Positions 36,272 through 48,834 are shown, numbered from the whole stretch's first letter. The stretch is DNA of 61,798 nt, filler included, from Sphacelaria rigidula (GCA_964200075.2; 9 parts of 9 records of this genome joined end to end with filler, not necessarily neighbours in it), one strand, 5' to 3'. Translations and numbers: made by a program. Notes: a model not told the origin generated them from the letters alone.

Positions 36272-38322
36272 CCTGTGCCCAACTACTTTCGTGTATCTAT
36301 CCCTGTGCTCAACTCGTGCTCTATGCTGCAGGGTTGCGGTGGTAGCTGAGAATAAGTTGGATGGAGTTTGCATGGTCCTTTGAACGGGTGTCATTTGGCG
36401 TGGTGGTCTGTAAGATAAGGGTCAAGTGCCGCTTCGTGCCTTTCGACTGCATGTTTTCGATCGAAAAAAATGTTTTTCCACTCATTGCATTCTTCGCCCG
36501 CCGCTTTTTATAATTTTGAGTTCAACCCTTCGCGGAACATTACTGCGTTGGACCTATCAGATAGAGAAATAAAATTCGACGGCACTTTTTCGATCGAAAG
36601 AAAAGGTGCCAAGACACGCCCTCAATCTCACGAAAACATTGTTAGTACTGTATATTGAAAGAGCGGGGGGTTTAGGGGTGGATCCGGGTTGAGTGAGAGA
36701 AAAGAGAGTTCGGTTAAAGAGAAACCAGGCTTCGGTTTAAGAGAGTTGTGTGCCAAGCATTTTTTCGACCTCTCTGAAACCGGCAATTCTCTTTAACTGA
36801 GCTTTCTTGAACCGTGACCCCCACTGTACCAATATATACCGTAGTCAGCGTCAGAAGTATGCAGCATCCGTGATTTCTTAGTTTCTCAAAGATTGTCCAA
36901 ATTTGTTTAGCTTGCCACCACCCATCACAGTGCCCGTTGGATGCAAAAAAATGGACATCCGCAGATATTTTATACCCCGTGACAAATATTGGAAGAAAAA
37001 TTATCTGCGATTGAAAATAAGTGATTTACGGGCTTGACCGATTTCCGTGGGTCCTGCGAAAATACGACCCCAGGCTCTAGCTTTTCGGTATTTTCGGTGG
37101 ACCGACTCGATCCGGATCATATAATTGAAGACTCAAAAGGATTGTTTTTTTTTAAATTCCACTTAATCACTGCGCTAAAGGAGGAAAATTATGTTTCTTG
37201 GACCATTTACGGTCAAAAACACCCTCCTGATGAACGGGGTCTTTCGCGGGGTAGCCCTCACTACACCAACTTGGGCGATTGTGATTTGATCACGGTTTGC
37301 CTTTTTTTGCCAAAACTGTCGACGGCAGCACTTTCGAGTGCTCATGGAAAATGTTGGGCGAAAAAAACCGAAAAAAGGCCGTCCGAAGAAAATGCTGGAC
37401 TGAGGTCTGTGCAGTATAGGAGGGAAACACGATCTCGATCATTATTGTGAATAATTTGATACGTGTTCATCTATCTGAATATTTACCGTTTCGTCGCTGA
37501 AGAGCGGGAGAACTGCTTATACAGGACCAGAAACGGTCAATAATACCCTCCTGATAAACGGGGTATCAAGTCCGCATCGCCCTGATAACATCAACTTGAG
37601 CACTACAGTTTGGGCGCGGCCTACGCTTTCTCCCTACATCTACCGGTTCTAGCTCTCTCAACTATAATGAAGAATAGTACTCCCGAAAAGCTCAAACAAT
37701 AGAACAACTATGAATTTTGAAAACTTTTGATGCTGACTACTCTACCTCACAAATGTATCCACATAGCTGATGAAAACCTCGTAGACCCATGTCAACCAAA
37801 ACGACACACGAAATAAGTTTTGAATAAAAAACGCGAAAATCTCTCACGGCGGTGTATACTGTACTGTGATAGGGATGGATGTATAATACAACAAAAAACT
37901 GTAGTAGACTGTACAATACCATGCAGGACAGTAGTGTCACACCGTGCTTATAGCCGATGCACGAAAAGGCCCCCACGTGCAAACACCACGTTTCTGGGAA
38001 TCCGGCCCCGAAGGGGTTGAACTGTCGGAAAAAAAATGGTACAAGCATGACGCAGACCGGACACCAGTGGGCACAACCAAGAGGTATTACTATCCCCTTA
38101 GAGGGATCGGAGATACGTGCGGTGCCATATAGTGCAGAGATAGAGCGGCATATGCGCTACGTATGACTATACGAGGTGGATACCTGCAGCTTATTTTGAT
38201 TTATGGGCGTGGTATATACCGTCATTTACAGTATACATCACGACACCCGTTCTCGCAGCATGCGCACAACTGCAGTCTGTAGGGCGTGAGAGGGAAGCGG
38301 GTAAAATACAGTACAAACGGCT

Positions 38323-38658
38323 CACACGCGACCATTCGGCTAAGGCCTCCGGAAAAGGCCTCCGGAGGGATGCGCGGCCCTACAGGGGGAAAACAAGCCT
38401 CCCGCGGCCTACCATCCCTCTGGAGGAGACCGAACTCTACCGACCCGGAGGGCCGCGCACCCCTCCGAAGGAAGTGGGGGATATGCGCGGCTCTCCGGAG
38501 GCAAGAAAATCCTCCGGAGGCTTTCAGCCCCTCTGGAGGGGACCAAAAAATCTCCTCTGGAGGGCCGCGCACTCCTCCGGGTGCGTTTAATTCCTCTGGA
38601 AGCTCGAAAAGTGTACCCACCTGGAGGAAGTTTGGAGTTAGCCAAGTGGCCGCGTGTG
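38323..38658. mobile_element. Non-autonomous DNA transposon, CAC...GTG termini, 2-bp TSD (CMC/EnSpm-Mirage-like)
   Basis: TIR CACACGCGACCATTCGGCTA / TAGCCAAGTGGCCGCGTGTG; CT on both flanks; array of CCTCCGGAGG-like palindromes inside. Confidence 0.75.
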
Positions 38659-39743
38659 CTAGCGCAGGACTAAATATATGTTTTCTGCACTGCCCATGAG
38701 AGTGCATGCAATAAGCCGCCGGTTATTGCCCGCACCCTACCCCACGTGGGTCCGGCGCCCCGCGATGCCGCGACCGTGGAAGGTGCTCAAGTTGGAGCTG
38801 CCATCAACAAGAAATACACCATACCCAACCACGGCAGTGGGGATCTATATCCCTGTGCCCAACTCGTGTTCTTCGCTGCAAGGTTGTGGTGGAAGCCGGG
38901 GGTGAGTGTTGTGGGGTTTGCATGGTTCAATCTGTGAACGGCGGGTGATACATGTGTATCTGGCGCGATCGTCCATACCACAAGATTGCTGGAGTCCCAG
39001 AGGTGCCCTGAGAGCAGTTACGACACAAGCGCATAAGTGTGAAATTCACACGCTGGAGGATACTGCACGTCCATGTCCTCCGGAGTCGCAACAAATGCCG
39101 TAGATGTCATAGTTGGTCCCGATGCTCATATTTCCCTCTGATGTTCACATTCCCCTCTGAGGGACGTTCACGAAAACCACGTGCGTCAGAGCACCATATT
39201 TTCGCTACTCTAGAGGGTTCAGACTTCAGAAGTCACTAGAGCAAGAGATACCCTCCAGAGGATTTGTTTTATGGCAGGACCTGAACCATGAACAAGAGTT
39301 GCTCCATGGGTTGCAACCAAGTGGCACAAATCCCCCTACACGTTTTTTAATCGCACACATACAGTGTACACGTCGCCTTCTAGCGCACGAATGTGCACCT
39401 CAAGACCTCGCGTCGGAACCGTCGCGGCACATAGCGGCAACATGACAATTGAAGAGAAAGTTACGTGCTATTGTTGAAAACATCGGGCCCCAAAAGGGGG
39501 TTCGTAGGGGGTTGGGGTTGGCCATTTCCAATCCTGACGTACTCCTGGACTGTGGTGTTGGACACAAGTGAACAAATGCCGGTTCACGCATTTCGCTGTG
39601 CTCTTCCGACCCGAAACACAACCTGTCCCCTGAGATTCAGAGTAGGGCGAAAATCGAGAGGGTTCAATCATTCGCTTTAACTCACCTGTAACAATGGCGT
39701 GTGCGCACAGCTACACGTCGATATCCCACCCGGGGATTTCGAG

Positions 39744-40333
39744 CACACGCGGCCAATTGGCTACCGAGTCATACTACGATAGGGGGGGGGGGTATTTTGG
39801 GCCGTTTTCTTCTACGAAATTCTACTTGAAATCGTCGTTAATAGCAGCAACGGTTGTTCAAACGCACTTGCTTCCGATAAATAATGCTCATTCACACTGC
39901 TTGACACCGCTTTTACCCATATACAAGCGCACCGCGAGTGTGTCAGGTCGTCTGAAGCATCAAAGAGCCCATTTTCTCGTCGGAATCAAACACCCCCCCC
40001 TCTATCGTAGCATGACTGTACCGCCCCAAATGCCTCCGGAGGGATGCACAGCCCTCCAGAGGCAAAAAAAGCCTCCGGAAGCCTTTAATCCCTCCGGAGG
40101 AAACCAAGCACTACCGACCTGGAGGGCCGCGCACCCCTCCGGAGGGATTTCGGGGTATGTACGGCCCTCCAGAGGCAAAAACAAGCCTCCGGAGGCGTTT
40201 AATTCCTCTGGAGGAAACCGAAAAGTCTCCTCTGGAGGGCCGCGCACCCCTCCGGAGGCGCTTAATTCCTCTGGAGGCTCGAAAAGTTAAGCCACCTGGA
40301 GGAATTTCGGGGGTAGCCAAATGGCCGCGTGTG
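39744..40333. mobile_element. Second, longer member of the same CMC-like family
   Basis: TIR CACACGCGGCCAATTGGCTA / TAGCCAAATGGCCGCGTGTG; AG on both flanks; same internal palindrome array in the right half. Confidence 0.78.
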
Positions 40334-41427
40334 AGGGCCTAAGTGGCAAGCTGCTACTCGAAGCGTACCCGGTCTGGTGGAGGGGCATCTCAGAGCAGAA
40401 ACTATTCATTCGTTGATTAACCGCTTCTTACTCACATCCGTTTCCTCTACTTTCACAACCAAAGTCGTTGGAGTTGGGGGAAAAATAGTAACACATGGGC
40501 TGAGTTACCATGAGATACCTGCAGTCTACCTGAAAGGGAACTAGTGCTCATGTTGGCGGCTCTGATTGGTCAGATCGTCCATCCCGCGCTTCCTGGGCCT
40601 CGATCCTGGCTTTGAATCTTCCGCCGGAAACTTCGGAACACACGTGTTTGACTTGGGTGAGCCTCGTGGCTGCTTGGCGAGCGAACCCTAACCCCGCCCC
40701 CCCTTGCCTCCGCCTTCCCGGCCACTGCGTACCGTCAAATTTCCCCGGACTGCCAGTCTCTGGAATTGTTCCGAGGCGTCGCTAATTATCAAAGTCCACC
40801 CATGGGGGAACCCCGTGCCCATATTGACTGCGGTGATTAGTAACGAATTGTCATTTGGCGCATTTTGGGTCTCGTGTCTGGCTTCGACTTTTCCGCGGGA
40901 AACATTGAAATGCACATAGTTGACTTCTTGAGCTTTCCGGCTGCTCTGCGAGCAGACCTCCCCCGCCCCCTCCTGCGGTGAGACACCCATGAAGTCCTGC
41001 GGTGAGACACCCATGAGGCAGTGTGTAAGCCATGGCTGTCTCTTGAAGTGGCGATACCAGGTAATGAAACAAGTCATTGGAGGCTGTCATTCAAATGCAA
41101 GATAAGAAGTAGGCTCCGGGCCAAACAATCTTAGCAGGGTGCAGCTCACCCTTCATGCGACTCGCCGAANNNNNNNNNNNNNNNNNNNNNNNNNNNNNNN
41201 NNNNNNNNNNNNNTTAATTAATTAANNNNNNNNNNNNNNNNNNNNNNNNNNNNNNNNNNNNNNNNNNNNGATGCCCTTGTCCCCTGGTCATCATCCAGGA
41301 TCCTACATGCTACATCTACTACGCCTTGATGTATTTTGGCTACACCCTGCACTGTCAGCTTGTAAAATTGTTTTGAGGCGACGTTCGCTGTCGCAGGATT
41401 AGGGTTAAGACCATCTATTACGGCAGT

Positions 41428-42460
41428 CACCGATCTCGACTTTTACGCAGATCGGGGGGAAATAATGGGGGAACGCATTTTATGGACACCGATTTAAAAA
41501 TTAATCATGGTGCCACGATTTTAGAACTATTTCCCCGAATTTTAATGGGGGGAAATCCCAGGTCCCCCCGATTCTGAGGAGGTGAAGTACGTGCACTGAC
41601 GTACAATGGTAGAGGTACAGGCGTTTGATATTTCTGCAACCGCAGCAGGAGACTGCCTCGTGACAGGGCGTGCCTGCCCGTGCCAGATGCTGCGGCAGCT
41701 TCACGGGGTTTGATACGAGTGGATATTAAGTACTGGCGCCGTACCCTGTGACGATCGTGATATCTTATGCTGCACTGCACTGCCACATATATCACTATAC
41801 CGAACGGTGCTGTACGCTCCAAGTCTGTTGTCGCTGTAGTTGCAGGGTGATGTATCGCACTGGACTACTGAACTCTTCTCGCGCACTGATTGCTCACTGT
41901 TCTCGCAATACCGACTGTAGCATCATGTACGACCACACGGCGTCATCATGTACTGTGATCATGGCGTGTCATGCATTGTGTTACCCCACCTATCGAATAG
42001 AGGATTCTATAAAATCAGGTTCATCAAGGAAATGAAGTTCGAGCCCAAAACAGTACTTTCTCCACACTTTCAGCGATGGTGTCCAATGACTTTCTTGTCG
42101 GCCCAATGCCCCTCGATCGCGTAGATACTTCTTCAGCGCATTTTATCGACTCTGTGAGCTTACAGCGCTGTCCGGAACCGCCATTTCTACTTATTTTTTG
42201 GGGGGGGGGTGATCTCAGGGAAAACAGCAGTTTCGGTCAGCGCTGTAAGCTCACAGAGTCGGTAAAATGCGCTGAAGTATCTACGCGATCCAGGGTCATT
42301 AGGCCGACAAGAAAGTATTTGGGCACCATCGCTGAAAGTGTGGAGAAAGTACTGTTTTGGGCTCGAACCTAATTTCATTGATGAACCTCATTTTATAGAA
42401 CCCTCTCTTATAGGGTACCATGGTACGACACTGTACTTGAAGGGGTATTTACCGCCCGCC
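41428..42460 (+). repeat. Dispersed repeat copy 1, interrupted by a palindromic MITE
   Basis: Collinear with 43371-43950 (GACGTACAATGGTAGAGG, CACTATACCGAACGGTGCTGTAC, GCACTGGACTACTGAA). Confidence 0.8.
42000..42405. mobile_element. ~406-bp palindromic MITE with ~185-bp arms
   Basis: GAGGATTCTATAAAAT...ATTTTATAGAACCCTC; absent from the paralogous repeat near 43920; no clean TSD. Confidence 0.85.
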
Positions 42461-43370
42461 TGCTCTTCGGCTTCATGCACGAGTACACAATACCACACTC
42501 GTGCAGAAAATGTCCGTCTGTGTACATGACTGTTTCACAAATCTGTGATACCATGAAGCGGTCTTCCCGATTTGGAGTTCGCGAATTTGAGTCCCTGTCT
42601 CGGAAAATCGAGATTCGTTGCCATAAAAGATAGTCAATGCGCCCAAATGTTAATAGATGACGCATCATAGAATATATGCAACATCGGTGGAGTCGGATTT
42701 GGGCAGGGGATGCATAATGACGCAGGGGACGAGAAAATAGCCGTCCCCGGGGGTGGCTACTACCGTGAATCTGGGGTGATATTCGGGATTTTGGCCTGTA
42801 TATCGTATAGCAATACTTCTGCACTCATGTCTAAATATTTTTCATACACTTGACATGTAAAAAGGTGAGCAATAAATACCTGACCACGGGGTTTGATGCG
42901 CGCATCCCCTCCCCCCCGAATATGATCACGCGGGCACTCGTGTGTCTATCTACCGTTTTGACCTATTACACACGAACTGCGATGCGACTGAACACATGAG
43001 TGCATCGATCAAACACGGGAAAAGTAAAGTGCTTATTCACGATCGTTGTTTCTCCCTCCCCGCGGATGAAACCGCTTTTGAATCCTACTCCAAGCATGAT
43101 TGGGGGGTGGTACCTACCGTGTTACGTACGAGCTGGGCCAGCCGTAACGTACAAACGCACATCACACAACAGCTTCCCAAGTTTCACGAATCATCCTGAT
43201 ATGAGTATATCGCTGTGAGTCCCAGACCAAGACAAAGGCTGGGTTGAGGCGACAAGATCATCTTAGTTTAGCCTATTGCTTCGCTAGTTCTTTTTCATTT
43301 ATAAATCCTTTTTTTGTTCCACTACTTTTTTATAGGGTGTTATAATAGACCATCTACCTAATATGCCGAT

Positions 43371-43950
43371 CACCAATCTCGAGTTTTTTCGACATCGAGG
43401 GAAAAAAAGTCGGGGTGTCGCGATCTCAGAACAATTTCCCCACATTGTTCGAAACAATCGGAGAAAATCGTTCCGAGATCGCGACTCCCCCTGATTTCGA
43501 GGAGGCGACGTACTTGCATTGACGTACAATGGTAGAGGACGAGTCGTTTGATATTTGTGCAACCGCAGCAGAAGACAGTCTCGTGACAACCCAATGTGTG
43601 CCTGCCCGCAATAGCTGCAGCAGCAGCTTCGCACGGGGTTTGGCAAGTGGACAATAAGTGTTGACACCGTATTCCCTGTGGCGACGATAATATCTAATGC
43701 TGCACTGCGCTGCCACATGTACCACTATACCGAACGGTGCTGTACTCTCGTAGTCTGTTGTCGCTGTAGTTGCAGGGAGATGTTTCGCACTGGACTACTG
43801 AAATCTTCTTGCGCACTGATTGCTTACTGTTCTCGTAATACCGACTATGCCATCATCATGTACTACCACACGGCACTATCATGCACTGTAATAATGGAGT
43901 ATCCTGCACTGTATTACCCTAGGGTATCATAGTACGACAGTGTACTTAAC
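43371..43950 (+). repeat. Dispersed repeat copy 2
   Basis: Collinear with 41428-42460, without the MITE. Confidence 0.8.
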
Positions 43951-45277
43951 AGTGGATCATGGAAAATGGGGTCCATCTAAAAAATGAAGTTGAATTGGCA
44001 TTTTGTTTTGCAGGGATGACACAAAACACTTACGACCGAGCGAAAGCCATCTTCCCCCCCGAATGTCCGCAGCGGTTAAGCAGCTGTGGCCAGGTGCACC
44101 TCACGAATGCGGTGCACACGCGTGTTGATGACAATATCACCAGGGAGAGAAGCAACGACAGAGAGAAGCTCCTCGCCCGTGTCCTTTGTGTATCCTCGCT
44201 CGGCGATTACCAAACTCTCGAGAGACTGGCATCGTCGATGTTACCAGCATCTGCAGGACCGGTGTCTTCTGCCCCGTTTCGATTTGTTTTGGTCGGGTTT
44301 TATCGCCGTCGACGATGTTTGAAAGTCCAAAGAGGCAAAAAAAGGAGAACGAGTTATCTCTGAACAATCTCTTCGTGTTACAAGAGTGATCTCTGAATCA
44401 TATCTTCGCGTCTCAGCACTTCTTCATGTGGGCGACGGCCGATGCCGGTAACAACATTCCTCATTACTCTTTGCCTTCGGAGACGATCCATTGAGCGGTG
44501 GCGCGAAGCGCCAAAAACCTTGTAGAAATTGTACCAGTTACAACTATTCTGAGAGTCGTTCCCTGCAGACAGGTGTAATAATGCTGCATTGCTTCACTTG
44601 ATTGCAGAGTACACATCGTTTGGGGTCATCTCGATCTATGAGGCTCTGAGAAGCCAGCATTCTTTCTTCACTTCATGTTAGACCATACGTTTTCGCTGAC
44701 TATACATATTAGCCTCTTCGCTTGCATTTCACTGAACATCACGGTGCGTTCCGGTTCTGCTTGGGTTTGGAGTGCTTTTGCTTTCCGCGCTGTGTTATGT
44801 TCTGCGTGGCGTTTTTACGTTGCGATGCGTTCCGTTTGATTCATCTCCTCGCTGGACGTCTGTGGACCCTTTGACCGTCGGAGATGCCACCTCTCGACCG
44901 CACACAGGCCACATTCATTGATGTAAATGGCATCGTTTTTACTTGATAATTGAGTCGGCGCCATACTTAGTTGAATCGGAACTGTACAAAGCGGAAAAGT
45001 GCCATCTCTTCCCGCCTCCCTCTCGGGCACACGTCGAGCATGTTGTGATCCTGCTCGTATGTTGCATCGCCTCGACTGTACTTCCGTTTTACTGACTCTA
45101 CCGTACATGCGATTTCTTCCATCCCATCATGAGGCGCAAAAAACAACAGCTTCCATTTTTTCAGATTTGAGTCGTCTAAACAGCGTTGTGCGAGGTAGTG
45201 CTTCTTTGACCGCGAGCGTAGGTCATCTACCCGTGAATCAACATCAGTTTTGCTTCAAAAATACACTGGATAATTAG

Positions 45278-46545
45278 ACTACCTTCCCTCGCGGTGTATG
45301 GAATAACAACGTGCTCAGCGGATGAGCAGCTACGGTGTTTTCTTCGAAGTACGGCCTATGCCTCTGCTCAACGCACGCAATTAGCACCGGTTCGCGCGCG
45401 TCTTACACAAGTCATCGTTTCTCATTGAGCTCAGAACAGATTTATTTAATGTCACGCACAGCTCGAGTGACGAGCAGGTATTTTTCACGATGAGGCGCGC
45501 CGCGTGCAACGCTTTTTCATTTCTCAGTCGGCATCACTCCAAACATTGAATCGGCATCATTGCGGGACCTTTACTCTTTAGATTCTGGGCAGCATTGTAC
45601 GAAATCATAAACAACGTACTCAGCTCATGAGCAGCTACGCCGTTTTCTTCGAAGTATGACCTGTGCCACTACGCAACGCACGTAATGAGCATCGGTTCGC
45701 GTGAGCCTTGCACAAATCATCGTTTTGCCCTGATTTCAGAACAGATTTCTGCAAGGTCACGCTCGAGCGATGAGCAGCTTTTGTTCCACGATGAGGCGCG
45801 TCGCGTGCAACGTTTCTTCCGTTTCCAACTGGCATCACTCTAAACATTCAATCGGCATCATTTTCCGGATCGTTCCCCATTGGAGTCTGGACAGCTTTGT
45901 GCGAGGTTGTAACTCTTCGACCACGAGCATGGATCATCTGTTGGATCAGCACTAGTTCTGCTTGAAATACACACTGCGTGATCAGATGACCTACCCTCGC
46001 GGTGTAAGGAATAGACAACATGCTCGGCTGCTGAGCAGCTACGACGTTTTCTTCGAAATATGACCTGTGCTACTACGCAACGCACGCAATTAGCACCAGT
46101 TCGCGCGTGTCTCACACTAATCACCCTTTCTCATTGAACTCCGAAAGAAATTGTGCAAGGTCACGCACAGCTCGAGTAATGAGCAGGTACTTTTACAACG
46201 AGGTGCGGCGCGTGCAACGTGTTTTCAATCCTCAGACCGTGTCTTATCAAGTTGGTTTCGTGTCGAAAACGTGCGGTAGAATCGAATTCCCTAGTTTCTG
46301 ATCCGCCCGCGCTCTTTATTTTCTCAGATGGTTGAGAGCATGGATGCCGTGGACGTATCAGGTAAGGGCAAATTCGATTGCACCATACGTTTTCGAGTCG
46401 AAAACAATTTGATAAGACACGGCCTCAGCTGGCATCACTCCGCAGACATTGAATCGGCATCATTTTCTGGACCGTTTCTCAGTGATATCTGGACAGTAGC
46501 ACCGGTTCGCGCGCGTCTACACAAATCATCATTTCCCTTTGAGTT
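45278..46545. repeat. Diverged tandem array, ~330-390-bp units (three plus partials; remnant at ~46870-46990)
   Basis: Each unit repeats GAGCAGCTACG...TTTTCTTCGAA, CAACGCACG and GGCATCACTC...AATCGGCATCATT. Confidence 0.85.
46235..46424. mobile_element. 190-bp PIF/Harbinger (Tourist-like) MITE, TCA TSD
   Basis: TIR G(G/A)CCGTGTCTTATCAA; TCA at 46232-46234 and 46425-46427. The first tandem unit shows the empty site (CTCAGTCGGCATC, ~45522). Confidence 0.85.
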
Positions 46546-47179
46546 ATGACCAAATTTAGATAACCCTTTGACCACGAGGGTGCGACAACTGCTGAATCGG
46601 CGTCAATTAGACATGGAAAAAGTATGTGTGATCCAGATGGACTACGCACATCGCGGTCTCACGGTTTAGCAAGGCCCCGCATAGCTCAGGTAATGATCAT
46701 CTACGGCTCGTCGAGCTGTGTGTTATTGGTTTTGCGGGGGAAATGAGTTCCAAAGGTTCACCTTTGATAGTGGTGGCTTGCTCATCAGGTATTAAACCTT
46801 CGCATGTGTCCCTGTTAACGTGACATGTATGTTTCTCTTCAGATTACAAATGAGGCAAGAATAATCAATGGGGGGATCGGCATCATCTTCAAAATGAAAC
46901 TGTCACGCACAACATGTTCAGCTCGTGAGCAGCTACGACCTCTCCGAACTAAGACCTTTGCCTTTACGCAACGCACGAAGCTATCACCGGTGTTCATATA
47001 TCTTTGATGTCGGTCGACTAATCGTGTCAGCGAAGCCGCCGAACCTCTGGTATATTATATATTTACTACTCATTTTCGTAGTGCAAACCTCGAGCATGAT
47101 ACCGTTCAAAACGACACTCCAGAATCGACACATCACCCTCATGCGGAAAATCTTCCATCCACTGTCCACGACAACTGAC

Positions 47180-47408
47180 ATGCCGATCATTTCATCTTTT
47201 TTGTTTTAGGTCGGCCATCTCTTTCTGTGCTTTGCCTTCTTTTTTTTACATCTTAGTCTACTACGTCGTTCTGTTCGATTTTTTTCTGCTCCTTCGTTTT
47301 CTTGAACGAGTCTTTCAGTTTGGCTTTTGTTGGGTACGTCTATCATGTGACCATGGCTGGACCCATGGGTGGTCAGTTAAAATGCGACAATCAATCGATC
47401 AATCAATC
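47180..47408 (+). mobile_element. RTE-like LINE 3' UTR with (CAAT)n tail
   Basis: Homologous to the 3' end of 48835-49690 and ends in CAATCAATCGATCAATCAATC. Confidence 0.7.
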
Positions 47409-48146
47409 TACCCCAGACGGCACTTGTAAAAAACTAACGGGTGCAGCCGAAAGCAGGAGTGTTTTCACTACAGTATGTTTTCGTTTCGGAACACGGATAT
47501 CGTTCGCGATCACCGATCTCTTGAGAGGAAGTTGACATGTCGGCATAATGTATATGAACTGTCTAATAATCAATAGTGTCAGTTTCACTCCGGCAAACCC
47601 ACCGAAACATCTGCTTTGAGTCTGAAAACATCAGGCGGCCCGAAAGACTCACTCAGGTCGTGAGGCAAAGACTGCTCAATCAGCGCCGAATCAAGTAGTA
47701 TTTCGTGTCATGAGGGTTTCATGTACCCTTGTCTTGCTCCCAAGTAGTATTCCGTTTCATGAGAGACTCTTGTGCAACTGTCGTGGTGATATCGATAGAC
47801 ATCGTATACTGCCGCGACCCGGGTGTGTAAATTACAATGGTCTGACCATCACCGTTAGGTGGAGAGGTAGTGGGTCCGAATCCCGATGCGTTGGGTATTT
47901 CTTCGAACTCAGGGGGCAGCGGCAAAACAATCAGGACATACAGGCCCCAAGATGGAAAATTTGAGTTCTTGAGGGGAGGGTGTACGTATCTACATGCATG
48001 CCATAGTCATCAGACCATTGACCTCGCATCCCTACAATGCCGGGACNNNNNNNNNNNNNNNNNNNNNNNNNNNNNNNNNNNNNNNNNNNNTTAATTAATT
48101 AANNNNNNNNNNNNNNNNNNNNNNNNNNNNNNNNNNNNNNNNNNNN

Positions 48147-48646
48147 CAGTCGATAGAGCGCTGGCAAGGGGAGCCGCCCTCCTAGGAGTGAAAGTGACGG
48201 GGATTAGAACCCCCATGACTAACGCTTGTGACGGTTTAAGAGACAACCAACTGAACAACTGACCAGTAAGCGCTGAATGGTCAGTAGTCTAGTTGATTCT
48301 CTCCTGAACCGTCACAAAAATTAGTCGCTGGTTCGATTTCCGTCGGACACACTTTCATCAAACCAAGCGTTGTCACTTTCACCGTACCCTAGAGTTACTC
48401 GTCTCCCCCACTCCCAGAGTGTGTGCACTGGGGTCCTTAGCAGTACACTCCAAGCATAGCCGCCAGGCCATACTCACTAGAGGTCCTGATTGCAGTCGAT
48501 AGAGCGCTGTCAAGGGGAGTCGCCCTACCTCGGAGTGAAAGTGACGGGGATCGAACCCCCACGACTAACTCTTGTGACGACTAGACTACTGACCAGTCAG
48601 CGCTGACTGGTCATTAGTCTAGCAAGTTCTCTTTCAAACCGTCACA
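48147..48646. repeat. Tandemly duplicated, head-to-head tRNA-derived (SINE-like) units
   Basis: A-box-like TAGTCTAGTTG and B-box GGTTCGAT motifs occur on both strands around palindromic centres AGCGCT (48269-48274 and 48599-48604). 48147-48315 resembles 48493-48646. Confidence 0.7.
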
Positions 48647-48834
48647 GTGTATATGCAATAAAATTTCACGCTTCCGACTACTTACAATATTTCTCTCCCC
48701 GATTCTGCATTTCGCATGTGTGGCGTGTGTAAAGAAAAGAGGCTTCGAAAGGCTGAACTTCATGATATTTAGGCTGACAAACCGTGAGCTCACATAGAGC
48801 TATAGAGTATACGCCCCCAACATTCTCTGATCCA

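Noticed and set aside
45278..46200. Decayed ankyrin repeats (ALHAA-like text on the minus strand)
   Set aside because: Only a short motif, with many stops and no 33-aa periodicity.
37227..46790. Hammerhead ribozyme cores at CTGATGA motifs (e.g. 37228 plus, ~46783 minus)
   Set aside because: No stem II followed by GAAA could be formed by eye; an Infernal search would be decisive.
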